From assembly GCA_958296135.2 (NCBI GenBank), contig CATQHZ020000001.1, positions 2,816,001 through 2,880,000 of the forward strand: a DNA stretch of 64,000 nucleotides. Direction: 5' to 3'. Below, piece after piece: positions 61,601 through 64,000 of the stretch (within the stretch, counting starts at the first letter, position 1; every line of letters starts with the position of its first letter). The position numbers were made by a program, and so were the translations under genes. Below the pieces are notes generated by a model, which saw only the letters and a program-made list of their open reading frames with translations, searched no databases and was not told where the DNA came from. Source of the stretch: an uncultured Poribacteria bacterium. Lineage in GTDB: Bacteria > Poribacteria > WGA-4E > WGA-3G.

Positions 61601-62998
61601 ACCCGCACGCAACTCGATGGCATCCATCTCAATGGTGTGCCGATTGAACTCAATGGGCGGCTGCGTTATCGAGAAGGCGCGTGGGAGATTTCAAAAAACA
61701 GACAGTTGACAACCATCCTCGGTCCGGATGAAAATACGCTCACCTGTTCGCTCAGAGTAGAGACAGTGCTAGCTTCGCTCGCTTTTTGGGAACAACTCTT
61801 TCAGGCGCCGGCACATCTGTTAACTGGGGAGTTGACTGGGGAGTTGAATGTGCAGGCGAAAGACTTCGGGCCGCTCCAATTTATCGTGCCCACCGTCAGC
61901 GATGCAAGCGGGGATAGCGAGCTCTATGCAGCCTTGTCAGGCACGCTGGATACGCCGCAAATTGATGGCAAAGTGACGTTCAAAAATCTCGCGCTTGAAC
62001 TTGAAGAATCTGGCGTTTCCCTTCGCGAAGCGGAAGGAGAGTTCAAGCTATCCAACTCGCAGCTCGCCATAACGCGCTTTGGCGGCACGTTGAACGGCGG
62101 ATACTTATCCGTTACCGGCGACGTTTTTTTGTGGGCAACGGACGAACGGCTATGGAACCCTGCTGAGCCGACGCTCGCGCTTGAAGCAACACTAGTGGAG
62201 GCAACGTTTGCGCAGCCAGGGCAGTATCAAGTTGAAATCGATTCTGCCACTTTTGCGTTTGACGGTAAATTGTCCTCACCGCTTCTCACCGGTAGTGTGG
62301 ATATCCGCGCAGGCGAGTATCACCAAAATTGGGAAAATGTGCGCGAGTGGTTTACTGGTACCTCGGTAACAGAGATAGAAGTCGTGTTAGACGAGTCGCC
62401 GCTCCGTGAACTTCAGTTAGACATTAACATCAACGTTCCGAGTTTCTATCTTCTCTCCTCGGTGGTGGGTCCGATGGACGTCCACGTCGCCTGTGATGGT
62501 ATTCTCACCGGTTTGGTTCAATCACCGATTTTCAAAGGGGATGTCCGTATCCTTGAGGGTAGGATGGATTTCTTAAAGCAATTTGCTGTGGTGGAAGGTT
62601 CATACATCATCAATGAAAGCACCACCGAGTTTGACCCGAGTATGGACATCCGTCTCAAGACTGTTAATCCGCTTCGAGCTGTCCCGCTGCGCGATGGCAG
62701 CACGGCAGACCTGGATGTTATCCTCACTTATCAAGGGAAGCTGAGCAATCCTAATTTCAATCTGCGTGCCGAACCTTTGAACACGTCGACGACTGAATTG
62801 CCGACACAAGAGGAGCTTCTCGCGTTGCTCTCGCAACCTTTCGTTGGCGTGACTTTCGGTGGCGTGACTTTCGGCTTTGAACCCTACTCCCGCCAGCTCA
62901 GTGTGGAATACCTGATGCCGGGGAATATGTCCCTCAAATTTGAACGTGATAGACATGAAACATACGGTGTTGATTTCCAATTTGAAGGCCGGTTTTAG
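55643..62998 (+). CDS. TamB/AsmA-like translocation and assembly protein (2451 aa) with multiple in-frame REP inserts
   Basis: N-terminal TM anchor, beta-rich repeats, C-terminal DUF490-like region ending EGRF; precedes a POTRA protein. Confidence 0.8.
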   Translation: MRHFIRRFIQRKILLGILAVFSLTLIGGALFIRSDAFLNWIKHRAEAEIRNRIEATYTVEIGKITGNVLTGVKLDNIAVFPTDGTPDEPILALQQLVLKYNLFALLRRKVEVTTLEISKPRLHAQVEAGGHFNLTQLFRLEDTPKSVGRGPVPRDASDNGVSSWTFAVQRVRCSDGTLRFSDRQRDLDITVTGVTLDFRGPLTTWHHQGTFSINNGTVAFNDAETAITAFDADFLIVASGGQLTQLRINVGNSVLDATGSYDEAMNWRANVDIQVDAADIQKFAMPPVRHIPSLRGKTPDPLNRFRGNMFRGIASLHITAEGTPDTVSGILTATVPHFTISGLSGHFTPTGGALNIRDVAVAADFSTHPVPTFALNRLQMHVAEGLFQASARMKIERNRLTRLPAFEGRWHAAGIQLAAIPPMQPFRNWEGSVTTTGTFSGKGTDISGLRLDSILEVTDTLLNGIPVADSRLTGTLVAPPLARVERLQGTGPRPAVKSAVSTRAYGRVSELNVIGTLAEANVYLGGFLGEDLRLHATSLRMDKLMAIFGGAPLNGLGEMNAKISTNGWEPRWTSGGSSNPPLSGSIEIPHTTFMDVPIGMLAGDFRYQDGQVFVENGLLTKGDSRVSIEGTVDMEGELPANFRVLAEPCQVAEYRQLLFGSAEYDVTGLVTGELICDGSLTRLDGRGTFDVTEGYAWGMRLDALKLPLAIEDYAITIADFQISAREQQVVLNLEMAASGDFDLDIRSRVPVQLVELVRAADVPDFPIDAAMDIVSIGTQREKQFNLGVDITLADITYQGNPLTDATLHGTLVEREKATGEPDIFQFVGEAFDGASQITGEISTATDSPYHFAVQSRAMPATPILRCLHPMLDAVTGTADSTVEITGTLAELSPKNSSKSASEREGQAITSKRKTSGVASQKRDERHALRTQRRVYPYDVDITVEATTLHYRGVPMTNPHPIRLHLIDDVWTFTDVALIIEERADRDIRNPGQKVTGTFSARDEVMDIKVTSAGVALEPVGTAFGIPIDGTARYEMSINGTVTAPRLALEVTVPELRVQTEFGGILLSTAGARVRYENNSVQIEPFVLQIHGNKIDVAGDIAVMPEDVNASRLNVNLRAPQLELANYEHFIRDVMPPGIDLFGASRGTGPRATVTEDVGVSRGTGPRATVTGDVGVSRGTGLRATVTGDVGVSRGTGPRATGAADAEGITGSLDVSVDVTGSLAEPLIAVQAGSAATNLSEIRIGKFPQPIVLDALQANVTLNRETMHIGDVDANWRIGDATYHAQGEASFPGSSEREGQVSAQRLEDRGLTPRFAFTVSANQLEVADFAVLFLKQAEPSIHGTLSAEVALTGTGISPDRISAVCEMRSLNLRIGTVDIASTAPLTFASVYGSLEGNFPALAIVSPLMETQLSVELGGTHAAPNITADWQGTFYHLGWRGTVDYRDEHITVHRMELASREGKTLTLTGGIPFDLALEAVPVAERFLEKPMAVRLRGNELPLAFFPRVAEVISEHEGVVDIDMRIVGTTRAPRLSGSVSVLAPHLRLRDFPEPIHNATLHLKAGEDGLDFTQFRFESGSGDCTGQHGYIGLDGLIPKEFAFTGLRIRRFPLGALARQAVPSEVLGEVRGHVTATLSEFRIPLDSFFTAAIPGVLFPRFSRVPSLTALVEVATASALIEDVDFAFNAEVTGSGEPIHYDFRNTEPVLLVLEGGSARLAQELLMKDFSYLHEAFGKDTARRDVPIFRIEGDFSAQLNAGILPSELQTRLQKRAPMETYTLTKREGLWRVAGVDASIGNGDAVWKNTPLSLPRETQKIWIWQRVPASVSSQKQPKGRMQIFEASLALGIDREASFGLKADFSRQLDAGTMPAALRSQLQSKGLMLPETLRVAKIDTLWQVQDEETKRRWTFVQENASLSVFEHSLQLSVDKGSEIQVAVCDVVGRVKNFDVSPLTMDWPMAYRVKGTLSASLHIGDTGGAPQITLRRKKPRTRTQLDGIHLNGVPIELNGRLRYREGAWEISKNRQLTTILGPDENTLTCSLRVETVLASLAFWEQLFQAPAHLLTGELTGELNVQAKDFGPLQFIVPTVSDASGDSELYAALSGTLDTPQIDGKVTFKNLALELEESGVSLREAEGEFKLSNSQLAITRFGGTLNGGYLSVTGDVFLWATDERLWNPAEPTLALEATLVEATFAQPGQYQVEIDSATFAFDGKLSSPLLTGSVDIRAGEYHQNWENVREWFTGTSVTEIEVVLDESPLRELQLDININVPSFYLLSSVVGPMDVHVACDGILTGLVQSPIFKGDVRILEGRMDFLKQFAVVEGSYIINESTTEFDPSMDIRLKTVNPLRAVPLRDGSTADLDVILTYQGKLSNPNFNLRAEPLNTSTTELPTQEELLALLSQPFVGVTFGGVTFGFEPYSRQLSVEYLMPGNMSLKFERDRHETYGVDFQFEGRF
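59072..59243 (+). repeat. Four tandem 48-bp REP-containing units in frame ([16 protein letters not shown])
   Basis: Units start at 59072, 59120, 59168, 59216. Confidence 0.92.
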
Positions 62999-64000
62999 GG
63001 GCATCGTCGTGACGCTCTGCTTTTGCCTAATAACTGCTTCAGCATTAGGGCAGCCCGAGTTACAGCGGGGAGAACTTTTTACCGTAGGGCGGGGGCCGTT
63101 ACGCCTTCAGTCTGTCATCTCTGTGGGTTTTCCGGCGGCGATGTCCACTGTTCCTCGCCGTGCAACGGTGATGCGGGACATCGCAGGGGACAGGCCCTCA
63201 CGCCACGTGCCAAACCACGTTGCAGAACGTGCCTCGTTCGCTGTGCCGGTCGCGCATCTTGCCTATCACCTCGATGCTATTCCCGTTACCGACGTAGAAA
63301 CGTTGTCGATACTTCGCGAGCGCACCTATCTCAAAGTCGGCGAACCTTTTTCTCGCCATGCTATCCACCGGAGTGTTGTCTCGCTCTATGCTTCGGCGCA
63401 GTTTTCAAAGGTTGAGGTTTACGCGAAGGAATCTCATAACGGTGTGTCGCTGACGTTTTCACTCACTTCTGTGAGGCGCATCGCGGCCGTCCACACGCTT
63501 GGTGTGCCGGAAGAGTTGCGTCGTCTACTCCAAAGTGCTATGAAGAGGATTCTGCCGCGGGGGCAGAATCGGTTACAAGTCGGCGAGTCGTATCACCCCG
63601 CTTACGCGCAGCGGGATGTTGCTGGTATCAAAGCGGGGTGCGCGGCTCTGGGGTATTTTGGTGCTACCGTAAAGGCAACATTCTCGCAGGAAACAGGCAC
63701 TCTGACGTATCAGATAACCCTTGGCGCGCCCTCGCGGGTTACTGACATTCAGATTCAGGAGAATACAGCAAGTTCGACGCAGACGCTCAAAGATGCCCTG
63801 CATATAAGCCGAGTAGGCGAGATTTACCGGCGGGCTGCTGTGGAGACGGATGCCGATGCACTCGTGGCACTTTACCGGAAAAGGGGTTACCTCGCGGCGA
63901 CAGTGCTCCACACCTTCGCGCCAGAAACGGGTATCTTGCAATTTTCTGTTGATGCCGGCAAACGGCTTGTCTTCATATTCCTTGAAGAACCCTTAACCAC
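62955..64000 (+). CDS. BamA/TamA family outer-membrane protein (POTRA domains), 3' end outside window
   Basis: Manual translation: MKHTVLIS...LKVGEPFS...LYASAQFSKV...LYRKRGY; frame open to the window end. Confidence 0.75.
   Translation, partial: MKHTVLISNLKAGFRGIVVTLCFCLITASALGQPELQRGELFTVGRGPLRLQSVISVGFPAAMSTVPRRATVMRDIAGDRPSRHVPNHVAERASFAVPVAHLAYHLDAIPVTDVETLSILRERTYLKVGEPFSRHAIHRSVVSLYASAQFSKVEVYAKESHNGVSLTFSLTSVRRIAAVHTLGVPEELRRLLQSAMKRILPRGQNRLQVGESYHPAYAQRDVAGIKAGCAALGYFGATVKATFSQETGTLTYQITLGAPSRVTDIQIQENTASSTQTLKDALHISRVGEIYRRAAVETDADALVALYRKRGYLAATVLHTFAPETGILQFSVDAGKRLVFIFLEEPLT

Noticed and set aside
1-64000. tRNA, rRNA, integrase, RAYT transposase or prophage genes
   Set aside because: None recognised in the window

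Overview
Bacterial chromosomal window, GC-rich. The gene mix (several phytanoyl-CoA dioxygenases, sugar-phosphate isomerases, a LamG protein, sugar ABC/TRAP/SSS transporters, a heparinase-like protein) suggests Candidatus Poribacteria; this is an inference. It carries sugar catabolism and transport genes, housekeeping genes (queE, selD with an in-frame Sec UGA, pyrE, ymdB-like, xseA, xseB, dxs, tlyA, tamB-like, partial bamA/tamA) and several defence loci. The defence loci are a Dcm plus GHKL-ATPase/nuclease pair, a Type IIG/ISP-like RM gene frameshifted at a C8 tract, an orphan N4/N6 methylase, and a type II Zorya operon (zorA-zorB-zorE) bracketed by two near-identical, apparently catalytically dead secreted thermonuclease genes. 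The most pervasive feature is a dense set of GTAG-led REP-like palindromes in several sub-families, some with nested loop expansions. They lie in most intergenic spaces, are inserted in frame in at least nine proteins, supply stop codons to several genes, and form the slippage tract of the RM gene. Deletion scars (cydA/cydB, mazF/hicA, an RM N-terminal stub) and candidate structured leader RNAs are also present. All calls come from reading sequence motifs; no searches were run.
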